Below, in pieces: positions 40,443 to 51,444 of a stretch of DNA of 64,000 bases. How positions within the stretch are numbered: the stretch's first letter is position 1; the number at the start of each line of letters is the position of its first letter. The notes below the pieces were generated by a model that saw nothing but the letters and a program-made list of their open reading frames with translations, was not told the DNA's origin and made no database searches. Source of the stretch: Octopus bimaculoides (Eukaryota). The DNA is taken from contig NC_068990.1 in NCBI RefSeq assembly GCF_001194135.2, positions 45,209,915 to 45,273,914 of the forward strand, in the 5' to 3' direction. The position numbers and the translations under genes are program-made.

Positions 40443-40841
40443 TATTCTCAGTCACAGCTGCAACAAGTCCAGCCGAAACGCCAACAAACTCCACCTTTGC
40501 CAATTCCAAGTAGTTACTATAATGATGATCCGGGATACAGACCAAGACTAATGAGTATGAAAGTGGCACCGACTCATGTGGATCCTGATGATTTTGATGA
40601 GCATGGTTCTTTAGAGTCCATAGTTCCACACAGGCCACGTGGTCAGACGATATCAATTCCATCACCACACCACACCTACCAGAACCTAAAGAAAGTGCAG
40701 CAAGACAGTCAACAGAAGACGAAAGAAGAAAAGGATGAAGTAAAGGGTGGTATTGACCCCAGCTTTGTCTTTCTCCAATTGTATGATGGGTTAATATTCT
40801 TGTCACCTCCTGACATTCCTTTGCTATTACCCAACAATCAG
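40443..40841 (+). CDS. TSC2: Tuberin exon w22 (RPRGQTIS motif, start of GAP-proximal region)
   Basis: Encodes ...HRPRGQTIS...KGGIDPSFVFLQLYDGLIFLSPPDIPLLLPNNQ (TSC2 RPRGYTIS and GINPSFVFLQLY); donor CAG|GTGAGT. The start could be 40443, 40452 or 40458 (all in frame). Confidence 0.9.
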
Positions 40842-42388
40842 GTGAGTTTCTTTTTTTCTTTACATATTAATTTCTTTTGGCTAGACATAATTTAAAGCGT
40901 GTGAAGGGCCAAATGGATTGGGTATTGATCCAAAAATTCACTGGATCATACTTGAAACTGCCGTCACATTGGCTATGATTGAAATACTTAATACACAGTG
41001 GCTGAGTTCACCTAATTATGAGTAGGCTCTGTCAGGTGACACAGTACTTCACTGCTATAAGCCAGCAGCAGCACTGTGAAATTGATGAGTGTTTTCAAGT
41101 CTTGCAAGGCTCAATTAATGTCTTCCTGTTGACATGAAGAAAGCAATGGAAAACTAGTATATCCTGCTGATTGGAAAACTGGGCTGTTGGTAGTCTTTGA
41201 TTACTGGACTAACAACAACCATCAGATACATGGTACTCAAAAGGCTCTGATATTCCTGCCTTTCCTTAGAGCAGGAGTTCTTAATTATTTTTATGATTTC
41301 AGCACCCCAAAGCTCAATATATTTTTATGATTCCAGACCCCCAAAGCTCAATATATCCCACTATTCCTTCATCAGACTGTTGAAATCACCATGATCTCTG
41401 CCAGTCCCATAAGGTTCCTGTATGGCTGCCAAAGATGTTGATGGCTTAGTTTTATTTTATATAAGGTGTTATAATGTGGATCCTTGTCCACTTGTATGTT
41501 GTCATTGGCACTGTAATATTTTTGTTGCCACTGTTATGTTGGGGCAGTATTCTGCATCTTATTATCTTTGACTCGTCTATCGTGCTATTGCTGATAGCTC
41601 TGCAAGACAATGACTTTGAAACATCTCCCTTGACGTAACTAGAACTCGTACAATGACTCTACTTCTACTGACCCCCTACAATGACTGATTGACTTTATAA
41701 TCGCCTCATACCACTTTGTCATGTGGGAAGGAGTGTACCATTTTCACTACAAACTAAGGTTTACCTGAAATAGAATAGGGACAAAGGATTTTTCTTTTAT
41801 CTTTTTTTTTCTGTACAAAATGATACTAGAGATAAAGTCATGTATCCCCAGCCTTTGATTCCTATACCTTTGGTTAAGAACTACTGCCTTAGAGAACAAA
41901 AAATTGCTTACTTCTTGATCCATATAACTTATCCATTCTTTTCTATCAATGTGTTAACAAGTACTCTGACAGATTGGTGATTCCAGGAGCTGGTTTCAGT
42001 ATTTGGAGGTAACACTTTTGTGATTCTGCTTATGTCACTAATACTCCTGAAAGGTGAATGGATGTCACACTATCTCTTTCCCCTCCGTCTTTAAAATTGA
42101 AATTTTTGACGGTACTGTCAGTCTTCACTTTGATACTACTTTATTGGTCTCTGTTGTTCTGTATTTTCTGTTGTGTGCCATCATGTGCTTGCACATATAC
42201 ACAAAGTAATGGCATATATAGGTATGTACATATGCATGAATGACAGTACAAAGGAGTCATGAGAGAAAACTGAGCTAGTATAAATATTTAATCTATATAG
42301 AAGGGAGCAATTTAGTAAATAAGTACCATAATAGCTTTCAAACAATTTTTCTTGAATAATTTGTGTTTCTTTCATTTTTATTTCACAG

Positions 42389-42475
42389 GATACACAACGA
42401 TCATTAGATATCTTAGACTTTATTCCATCCTATGAAACGCACAAAATTGGTGTGTTATATGTTGGTGAGAATCAG
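42389..42475 (+). CDS. TSC2: Tuberin exon w23 (GAP domain start)
   Basis: CACAG acceptor; [29 protein letters not shown] (TSC2 [21 protein letters not shown]); donor GTAAAT; 87 nt. Confidence 0.97.
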
Positions 42476-42689
42476 GTAAATGAGTTATTTAATTTTTTCT
42501 TGTATTTGTTATTATTGCTGTTGTTGTTGTTGCTGATGTTGTTCAGTGAGCTGGCAAAGAATTGTTAGGATACCAGACAAAATGCTTAGTAACATTTTGT
42601 CTCTCTTTATGTTCATGTTTCAGAACCAGTTTTAACATCCAGGCATTTGTGTATTGCAGAATGGCAGAAAGTCCCATGGTTACAATTTT

Positions 42690-43340
42690 CAATGAGAGTT
42701 GAGATTGTATTAATCCCCAATCACCTTATTTTGTCAATGCCAGCTTTTGGGTGATGCACACAATCAATTTTCTTCAAATTTCAGATTTTGACATCACCTT
42801 TGTTGAACTCAGGGGTGGATCAGTTTGTAACATTGAAGCTATATGTGATTACAGGCACGGCCAGTGTGCTTATGGCCTCAATTTTGTTTTTGGCATTCAA
42901 CTTGGGTTTTCAGAATATCTCTTACTCTCCAATAGCACTGTTTTCTTATCTTTTCTCTCATTAGTGAATATTTGATCCCATCTCTTTCACGTATTCCTAG
43001 ATATTTATAACAGCCCTCAGGTTCTAATTCTTTTATTTCAGTATATCTATCTATACTGGTGTTGCATATATTTGATGAATTTCCCTTGGTAAATATGGCC
43101 TTGCTGGATTTGTCAAGCCCTAATTCCATTTTGAAGTAATCACTAAATTGAGTGTGTGAAAGAGTATCTGCAGTTGTTGATCACTTTTTGCAAACAGTTT
43201 TAAGTCATCCATAAGGAGAAGTTGATTGACGTTTTTTCATACCACTTGTGTCCATAATTTGTTTCATTCAGGATTTTGCTTATAGAAAGTAGTGCTAAAC
43301 AGAATAACAAAGGAGATAGCAAGCCTCTTTGAAAGATCCC
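42690..43340 (-). mobile_element. R4/Dong-like non-LTR reverse transcriptase remnant
   Basis: Minus strand: LLSPLLFCLAL, LMDDLKLFAK (YMDD motif), ELGLDKSSKAIF, YKYLGI.E.DGI, MREKIRKQCYWRVRDILKT, KNKIEAISTLAVPVITYSF; frameshifted. Confidence 0.85.
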
Positions 43341-43974
43341 ATAATAAATATTAATATCAACTTTTCCTAACTTTATTGTTGTAGCGTCAGTATTGAGAAT
43401 TCATGTTGTTTTCTATAGTTTCATGATATAAAATACAAAATTCCTGATTACTCATGAAATTTTGAATACTTCCAGGCATTCCTCTTTCCAGCTGTTAGGA
43501 AGACGATCAAAACCTTCTTATAGTTTATCCAGGCCACTAAGAGATGGTTTCTTTTCCTGTAGTGACAATTGTCAAGAATCATTTTCTTAATCAGCAGTTG
43601 ATCCCTGCATCCATATGACACATTTACAACGCTTTTGTTCATCAGAGAAAATGTTAGTTGTTGTTGTTAGCTTTATAGATCTTCTTATTTATGTTTCAAT
43701 ACATTAAAGTGTTTCATTATGTCTAGTTTTGTACCATATTAGTTAAGGGTGTTTAAAACACAATACTCAAACTTGTTTCATTGTTGGAGATTTCAGTTAT
43801 GTCTTTGATTTCATTCCATAGTTAATGTTGTCTGAAGCCTAACACTGAAATATACAATGCTCCAATAGGCAGAAAAAAATTACAGATTACTATTCCTCTT
43901 TACAATGCTGACAACTATTTTTTTTTTAATCTAGAAACTATATTAAACTATTTTCTTTATTTGTCTTTCACCAG

Positions 43975-44164
43975 TGCAATAGTGAAGTAGATATTCTATC
44001 CAACCAACATGGATCAAATCGGTACCAGAAGTTCATAGAAAACTTGGGACAACTAATACACTTAAAAGACACAGATGGAAAATGTGTTTTTCTTGGTGGA
44101 CTTGATGGACGGGAAAAATCAGACGGCCAATTTACCTACAGCTGGCATGATGAATTCATGCAAG
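43975..44164 (+). CDS. TSC2: Tuberin exon w24 (GAP domain)
   Basis: ACCAG acceptor; [63 protein letters not shown]; donor AAG|GTAAAC; 190 nt. Confidence 0.97.
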
Positions 44165-46821
44165 GTAAACACATAGTTATTAATTCTAATAAACTACTTC
44201 TTTATTCTGTGTATTTTGCTAATTTATTTTATTAGTATTCCACCATTCGAGTATAGTCGATGCCAGTCCCACCAGACTGGCTTCTGTCCTGGTGGCATGT
44301 AAACTGCACCGTATGAATGTGGTCGATGCCAGTGCTAGTGGCATGTAAAAAGCGTCATTCGAGCATGGTCATTGCCAGTGCCACCTGACTTGCTTCCATG
44401 CCAGTGGCATGTAAAAAGCACCACTTGAGTGTGGTCAATGCTAGTACCACCTGACTGGCCCTCATGCTGGTGGCATGTAAAAAGCACCCACTACACTCTT
44501 GGAGTGATTGGTGTTAGGAAGGGCATCCAGATGTAGAAACCTTGCCAGATCAGATTGGAGCCTGGTGCAACCTCCTGGCTTGCCAGTCCTTAGTCAAACC
44601 ACCCAACCCATGCCAGCAAGGAAAGCGGACGTTAAATGATGATGATGATGATGACTAGTAGCTGTACCCATCTTTACCTGGATTTATTAATGCGTAAAAT
44701 GAATAGAATCACAGGAACTCATATTTTGGATAAACTACTTTCTGAAACTGCTGGCAATTTGTCCAGGGATGTTGATTCCATCAAAATTATTGCATCCAAG
44801 CAATTCAGAAGATACTTTAACTTGAACTTCATATAAATGTGCATCATCATCATTTTATATCATATATCTATATAACAAGTGCCTTACAGGTTCTGTTTGC
44901 CGAATCCACTTACAAGGCTTCAATTGGCTTTGAGCTATAATAGAAAACACTTGCCCAAGGTGCTGTACACACAAAACTACATGGTTGAGAAGCACGACCA
45001 TACCTGTACCTATATCTACACATGTACACAAAGAGTCATACAAACACACACTTATATATTCGCACAAATACATGCATATGTACGCATGTATTCATAAGCT
45101 TGTGTATGTATTTTTTTAATGAGGTATGAAAAGTATCTTAAGTTAACACAAGACGTTTCAAACTGTAGTGCTCAGTAGTGCCCACTGTTCTTAGTTTTCC
45201 CTCCAAGAACAAAAACAAACAAATTTCATAAGAAAAGTTACATGATTTCTTTTCTTTCAAAATATCCCTCTGTGCAAACTTTCATCTACCTTAGTTTAAA
45301 ACTGTGACATTTTAGCTAGAAAAGCATGCAGGATGTTCCAGTTCAAATCTTGAATTTCTGTATTTCTGTGTATTTTACATTCTTCATTTTGAACCCAAAG
45401 AAGATAGAAAAACTGTTGAAATATTGTTCAGTTCAATAAACAGTCAATCTGTGTTTATTAAATATCATATCGTACTCCTCTTATTATGTTAATAATGATA
45501 ATAATCCTTTCTACTATAGGCACAAAGCCTGAAATTTTGTTGGGAGGGTGATAGTTGATTACATTGACCCTTGTATTCAACTAATACTTGAAAGGATGAA
45601 GGGCAAAGTCAACCTCAGCAGAATTTGAGCCCAGAATGTAAGGAGCCAGAAGAACTTGCAGTAACTTTGTAGAAGGAACTGGTTGGTAAAATCAACTTGA
45701 CTGGTACCTTATTTTATCAACCTTGGAGATATGAAAGACTAGGTTGACCACAGTGGGTTTCAACTTATGACATAAATGACCAAAAGAAATACTGCAAATA
45801 ATTTTGTCTGACATTCTAATGATTCAGCCCATTCTGCATAATAATAATTAAGAAGGGCAAGAGGATTATATTCAGGCTGACACAAAGCCACAATAAGGAT
45901 GTATAAAACTGAAAATATTTCTGTATGTTCAAAGTTGTTGGCCACAGTTTTGCATGTAGGTGGATGTAAGTTTTCATAGAGGTATATCTTTCAAAGGAAA
46001 AACTTACAAGCTATGTAACTTTATTTTCTCCCACAAAAAGTTGTTCTTTTTTTTTTTTTGTTTCTGGCGGAAACTAAAAGTATTGTATACTCCAAGCAGG
46101 GCAGTAAAAATTGGAAATTTTTTCATATTTAGAAAGATAATTAATTTAGAATAATTATGTAAATTAGAAGAGCATTTTGAAGACAATGCAGGTTGTCTGA
46201 GAAAATATTTTTAAAATGTATGTAAAAACAAGACATTGTTTTAGGTTCTGTATTTATTTATTTGTTTGCTTACTTTGCACATTATTGTGAAGTTCATCTT
46301 AAACCATCTGGATGATTTGCATGCAGTAATTTTGAGAAAATCAACATTTTCAGATGAATTGAAGATTGTCTATCGCTTTTTAAGCCAATTTATCCAAGTA
46401 GTGAACTTCTGGTTATATTTATTTTAGTTCTTTTAGAAACTCAACAAGCCCTGGTACAGCTTATATATATATTTTAATCAAAGCATTTCAATATTGTAGG
46501 TCCATTTAAGCGAATCTTTCCAACTGATTTCAAACTGGATATTAGATAGCATATTTATTTCATACTAACCATCTCCAAAGAGCATGTGTGTTTAGACTAC
46601 TGCCCTGTTATCTAATGTCCAGTGTGAAACTGGTAGATAAGATAAAATGGATTTCTAACAACATATACTTTGATTAATATATCCTCTCTATTGACATACA
46701 TATGAGTGCTTATTTTATTGACTTATAGATTCTTAGAAGAAATGCAAATACACACATGTATATATAAATTAATTATAATAATCATTGCTAATGTGACTAC
46801 TTGTTTTTTTACTTGTTTCAG

Positions 46822-46961
46822 TCATCTTCCATATAGCCACATTGATGCCAAACATGAAAAATGATAAACTTCGAAATAACAAAAAACGTCACATTGGTAA
46901 CGACTATGTGAATATAGTGTACAATAATAGTGAAGAGGACTATGCAGTAACTACTCTACGG
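46822..46961 (+). CDS. TSC2: Tuberin exon w25 (GAP catalytic helix, Asn thumb)
   Basis: TTTCAG acceptor; (V)IFHIATLMPNMKNDKLRNNKKRHIGNDYVNIVYNNSEEDYAVTTLR; KKRHIGND corresponds to TSC2 KKRHLGND; donor GG|GTCAGT; 140 nt. Confidence 0.97.
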
Positions 46962-47220
46962 GTCAGTTCTTTACATTCACTGTTTTCCTTTTTGATGCTT
47001 TAAATGAGTTGTAAGAATATTATACTTTGTTACTGTATTGAGTATGTTTTCTTCTTGTTTGTAAACCCAAGTTTGTGTCTATATAAAATTTATGAATATG
47101 GGTGAGTGTGTGTATGGACAGGATGAAGTGGTGAGAAAGGATCTTCAAATGCTGGACCCCACTGAGGAAATGACAAGGGACTGGGAGATGTGGCGATTTA
47201 CTGTACATGAAAAGACACGT

Positions 47221-49805
47221 CATCATCATTTAGCATCTGTTGTCCATGCTGGCATGAGTTGAACAGTTTGACTGGGCTGGCACACTGGAACGCTGCACCA
47301 GATTCCAGTCTGATTTGGCATGGTTTTCTACAGCTAGATGCCTTACCTAATGCCAACCACTCCGAGAGTGTAATGTGTGCTTTTACGTACCACTGGTACA
47401 GGTGCCATTTGCATGACATCAGGGTCCGTTTATGTACCACTAGCACAGGTGCTAATTTGTGTGACACCAGTATCTACCATGACTGCGATTTTGCTCACCT
47501 TGATGGTTCTTCTTCTCAAGCATGACATAATACCAAAGATCTTAGTTGTTGCCTCCATGAGGCCCAACACTCAAAAGAAACTCAGCCACTTTGCCTCCGT
47601 GTCGCCCAACGCTCAAAAGGAACTCAATCACCTTGCCTCCATGAGGCCCAACACTTGAAAGGAACTTAGTTACTTTGCCTCTGTGAGGTTCAACACTCAA
47701 AAGGAACTCAGCCACTTTGCCTCTGTGAGGCCAAACATTCAAAAGATGTTCTTTATGTGCCACCATGCACTTGGCTTGACAAGTCCTCTCAAGCACAGCA
47801 CATCGCCAAAGGTCTCGGTCACTAGTCATTGCTTCTGTAAGGCTTAAAGTTCACCACCTATTCACATGTCTTCTTGGGTCTACCTCTACCACAGGTTCCT
47901 TCCAAAGTTAGAGATCGGCACTTCTTTATACAGCTGTCCTCGTCCATATGCATCACATGACCATACCAATACAGTCATTTCTCTTGCATACCACATCTGA
48001 TTTCTCTTATGCCTAACTTTTCTCTCAAGATGCTTACACTCTGTTGAACATGCACACTGACATTGCACATCTAGCAAAGCATACTGGCTTCATTTCTTGC
48101 AAGTTTATGCATGTCCTCGGCTGTCATAGCCCATGTTTCACTGTCATGCAGCATTGCTGTTTGCACACAGGCATCAAACAATCTGCCTTTCACTCTGAGA
48201 GAGAGGCTCTTTGTTGCCAGCAGGGGTTGGAGCTCTCTGAACTTTGCTCAGTCTGATCTTATTCTTACAGCTACACTCTCAGAGCATTCACCTCCACTAC
48301 TAACTTGGTCACCTAGATAACGCAAGCTATCTACTATCTCTAGCGTGCTCCCTCTGGCAGTTGATGGAGTCTATTTTCTGCACATTTTCAGTGTTTATTG
48401 TACCTGTGTACCTTCCACATATAAAAGTTAGTCTCCCTGTTAACCTTCCTATGATGTTGCTGCCCCTTTTATATATCCAAAACTTAGACTGGCTGCATCT
48501 TATGGAGTTTCTGCCTACACCTTTTCTACAGATTGAGCAGGTCCATCTACTTCAAGGGATTTGTGATTTATCTGCCTTCCTACTTATTAAGACTTTGGTT
48601 TTTGCTAGGATAACTCTAAGGCCTTTTAATTCTAGACCTTGCTTCCATACCTGGAACTTCTTCTCTAGTTCAGCTATTCAGCTATAAGACCAAGGTCATC
48701 AGCATAGAGGAGCTCCCAGGAGCAGCCTCTCTTGAATTCTTCTGTTATTGCCTGGAGGACTTTGATGAACAAGAGGGGGCTGAGGACTGATCCTTGGTGA
48801 ATCCCTACTTGTACCCTGAATTCTTCGCTGTACTCATTGCCCACTTTCACCTTACTGGTAGCATCCCTGTATGAGGCTTGTATGGCTCTCACCAACCACT
48901 CATCTATCCTTAGTTTCCTCTATGATCACCAGATAAGGAATCAGTGGGGTCTCTGTCAAAAGCTTTCTCCAAGTCAACAAAAGCCAAATACAGAGGTTTA
49001 TCATTGGCTAGGTATTTCTCCTGAAGTTGCCTTACCAGAAATATAGCATCAATGGTGCTTCTACCTGGCACAAAACTAAACTGCATCTCATCTAGACTAA
49101 CTCCCTAATTAATTTGGCTATGACTCTCTCTCTCTAACTTTCATCACCCGATCCAACTATTTGATACTTCTGTAATTATTTCTGTCTAAGGCATCACCTT
49201 TATCTTTGTAGCAGTTGACTATGGTGCTGCTACACCAGTCATTGGGTATGACTCCTTCATGAACCACCTGATTTACAATACAGGTGGCTTGACCATAACC
49301 CAAACTGCCAGATATTTTAAGCATCTCAGCAGGGATTCCTGATGGGCCAAGAGCTTTCCCTTTCTTCATATCCTTAATTGCTTTATCTACCAGGATTTGG
49401 CAGGCTCTCTTCCTCTCATTCATTCTCCACATTCAGCAGTCTTTCATAATGGCATCTCTAAGCCTCTTTCTTTGCAGATTCATTAAAAGCAGGTGCACCA
49501 TCATCCATGCAGACACATTTCTCTCCTATGACATCACAGTTTTCTCTCACACACTGTCTTGCAATCTGAAATAATTCAGTTCTTTTGTCTTCATGACACT
49601 GAACATAGACAAACTTCTTCTCTGCTTTTCCTTTGGCTAGATATACCTGTCTCCTAGCTTCCCTTCTGGCTGTCTGATACAGTTCCCTGTTGCCCCTACT
49701 CTTCCAGGCCTGTTTCTTTGCTCTAATGGCCCTGTCTACAGTATTGTTCCACAACCACATTACCCTATGTGGAAGTCTGTTTGCTCACAAACTCTAACTT
49801 ACCAT
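47221..49805 (-). mobile_element. 5'-truncated RTE-clade LINE (~2.6 kb) with decayed RT ORF
   Basis: ORF pieces WLWNNTVDRAIRAKKQAWK, KKGKALGPSGIPAEMLK, QVGIHQGSVLSPLLF...WELLYADDL, post-RT region, 3' UTR and (GAT)n tail at 47221; stops and frameshifts. Confidence 0.93.
47549..47745. repeat. 42-bp tandem repeat, ~4.7 copies, inside the LINE 3' region
   Basis: TTGCCTC recurs at 47549, 47591, 47633, 47675, 47717. Confidence 0.92.
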
Positions 49806-50070
49806 GGTTTTAAAAATTGAACTTTAGACATACTTTGTGTGAGAGGAGTAAAAAAAACTTTTTAAAATATTTTTAATTGCTTGATAAAACATTTTTAGTC
49901 GTTTGATATTTTATTTTATCTTCGTTTATTAGTTTTTTGGTAGTATGGCACACTTTAGAATTTTTACGAAGTTTTAGTCATTTATATTTATCTTTTTGAT
50001 AGGCTGTTCTATTTGTATTTTATTCGCATATATATTTTTACCATCTGTGTTTTTATGTATATGTATATTT

Positions 50071-50410
50071 TTACCTCCGCCAAGGAAGGAGGTTATGTTT
50101 TCATCGGCATTGGTTTGTCCGTCTGTGTGCAAAATAACTTAAAAAGTTGTGAACGGTATTTGATGAAACTTGCAGAAAAAGTTGGTAATGTGGTAGTGAT
50201 CTGGGAATTTATATTTGTTATATTTACTTTACATGAAGTATTACAATGTTATGTTCTTTGATTATCTCCTTTGAAAACACTTTCGTTGTTTCCATGTAAC
50301 CTATGGTGGCGTTGCTGATTCCAAAGTTTATTTTCGTTTTTCTATTAGTAATTTTACTCGTGTATCTATCTTAAAATGAGCTTGGCAGAGGTCTGTGCTC
50401 TCCGAGTGCT
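50071..50410 (+). mobile_element. Helentron-associated non-autonomous element (HINE/DINE-1-like)
   Basis: Subterminal IRs ACCTCCGCCAAG (50073-84) / CTTGGCAGAGGT (50381-92), 3' hairpin GTGCTC-TCC-GAGTGC, T-rich flanks on both sides. Confidence 0.75.
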
Positions 50411-50462
50411 TTTTTAGTTTTTTATATGTTTAAGAACCATGGTGATATTTATATATGATTAA

Positions 50463-50499
50463 ATATTTGAGGTATGGTGTTATACCATACCTCAAATAT
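50463..50499. repeat. Perfect 16-bp inverted repeat, 5-nt loop
   Basis: ATATTTGAGGTATGGT-GTTAT-ACCATACCTCAAATAT. Confidence 0.9.
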
Positions 50500-50634
50500 C
50501 GTTGACTCGAATTTAATGTTTGTTCTATGACCAATGTTTCTTTATCTTTGTCTCATTTACATTTGAGCACTTCTTTTTTTGCAGTCCTGTATACCCTTTT
50601 GTTTCTATTAGAAGCGACAAATATTATTTCTTGT

Positions 50635-50665
<31 letters not shown>

Positions 50666-50718
50666 GAATATAGTCATATCTTTGCAGAGTTTTATTTTTA
50701 ATTGCTCTTTCATTGCAG

Positions 50719-50806
50719 AGTGAATTCAATTTTGTAAACATTATCATAGAACCGTTGGACTGTAACACTAATGCAGTCAAAATAGTTACCAGAGAAAACC
50801 AAAATG
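50719..50806 (+). CDS. TSC2: Tuberin exon w26 (GAP domain)
   Basis: TTGCAG acceptor; SEFNFVNIIIEPLDCNTNAVKIVTRENQN (TSC2 GQFNFVHVIVTPLD); donor G|GTAAGA; 88 nt, phase 0/1. Confidence 0.96.
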
Positions 50807-51444
50807 GTAAGAATTTCATGGTTTTCTCTTCGATTATTCTTGTTAAATTTGATTTTTTTTTTTTCTTAAATGAATTATACCAGATTCATATCATTATATT
50901 CTTTTATAAATTATGGTTTGCTTGTACTTTTTCAACTTAACCATTGGTAGCCTTAACAGTAATAGTAATAACTAGCAGTGGTAAATAAGAATAATAGTGA
51001 ATAACTAAAAATTCCATGGTTATTTTGAAAACTGTAAGATGATTTGAGGTTTATAAAGAACTATAGAATATGTAATTTGTTTTGAAATATATTTTTTCTG
51101 AAACAAATGATTTTTGAGTTAATGAAAAAGTTCATTTGTGCTGTAATGAAGATATAGTCGCAGGAGAGAACATCTTTGAACGTTATATCCTTTGTTATAC
51201 ACCTGTCACTCTTCTACCTTGAAGATTGTTATCTGTTAGTTTTAACTGGCATATCTGTCTATTATTCTGCTATGGTATGACTATCCTGTAGAGCATAGGT
51301 TCTCAAAGTGAGCGTTGCCGCCTCTCCAGGTAGGCGCTGGTGCTAAAGGGGGCAGTGGCAGGGGGACAGTAGAGAAAAAGGAGGCATTGGGAGGAAGGTA
51401 GTAGATTGGGAGATGCTATGAATTTATTATAATATTATTATAGT

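Noticed and set aside
41271-41356. hAT-like start (CAGGAGTTCTTAA) followed by a ~34-bp tandem duplication
   Set aside because: No matching second TIR or TSD found; a minor local duplication.
46807-46825. Exon w25 acceptor (TTTACTTGTTTCAGTCAT) matches a SINE-end sequence seen at 33226-33242
   Set aside because: The exon is a conserved GAP exon with an apparently ancient boundary, and the match is short and pyrimidine-rich, so coincidence is more likely than exaptation.
47549-47745. Regular 42-bp repeats as a CRISPR-like array
   Set aside because: Units are contiguous and mutually similar with no unique spacers, inside a eukaryotic LINE.
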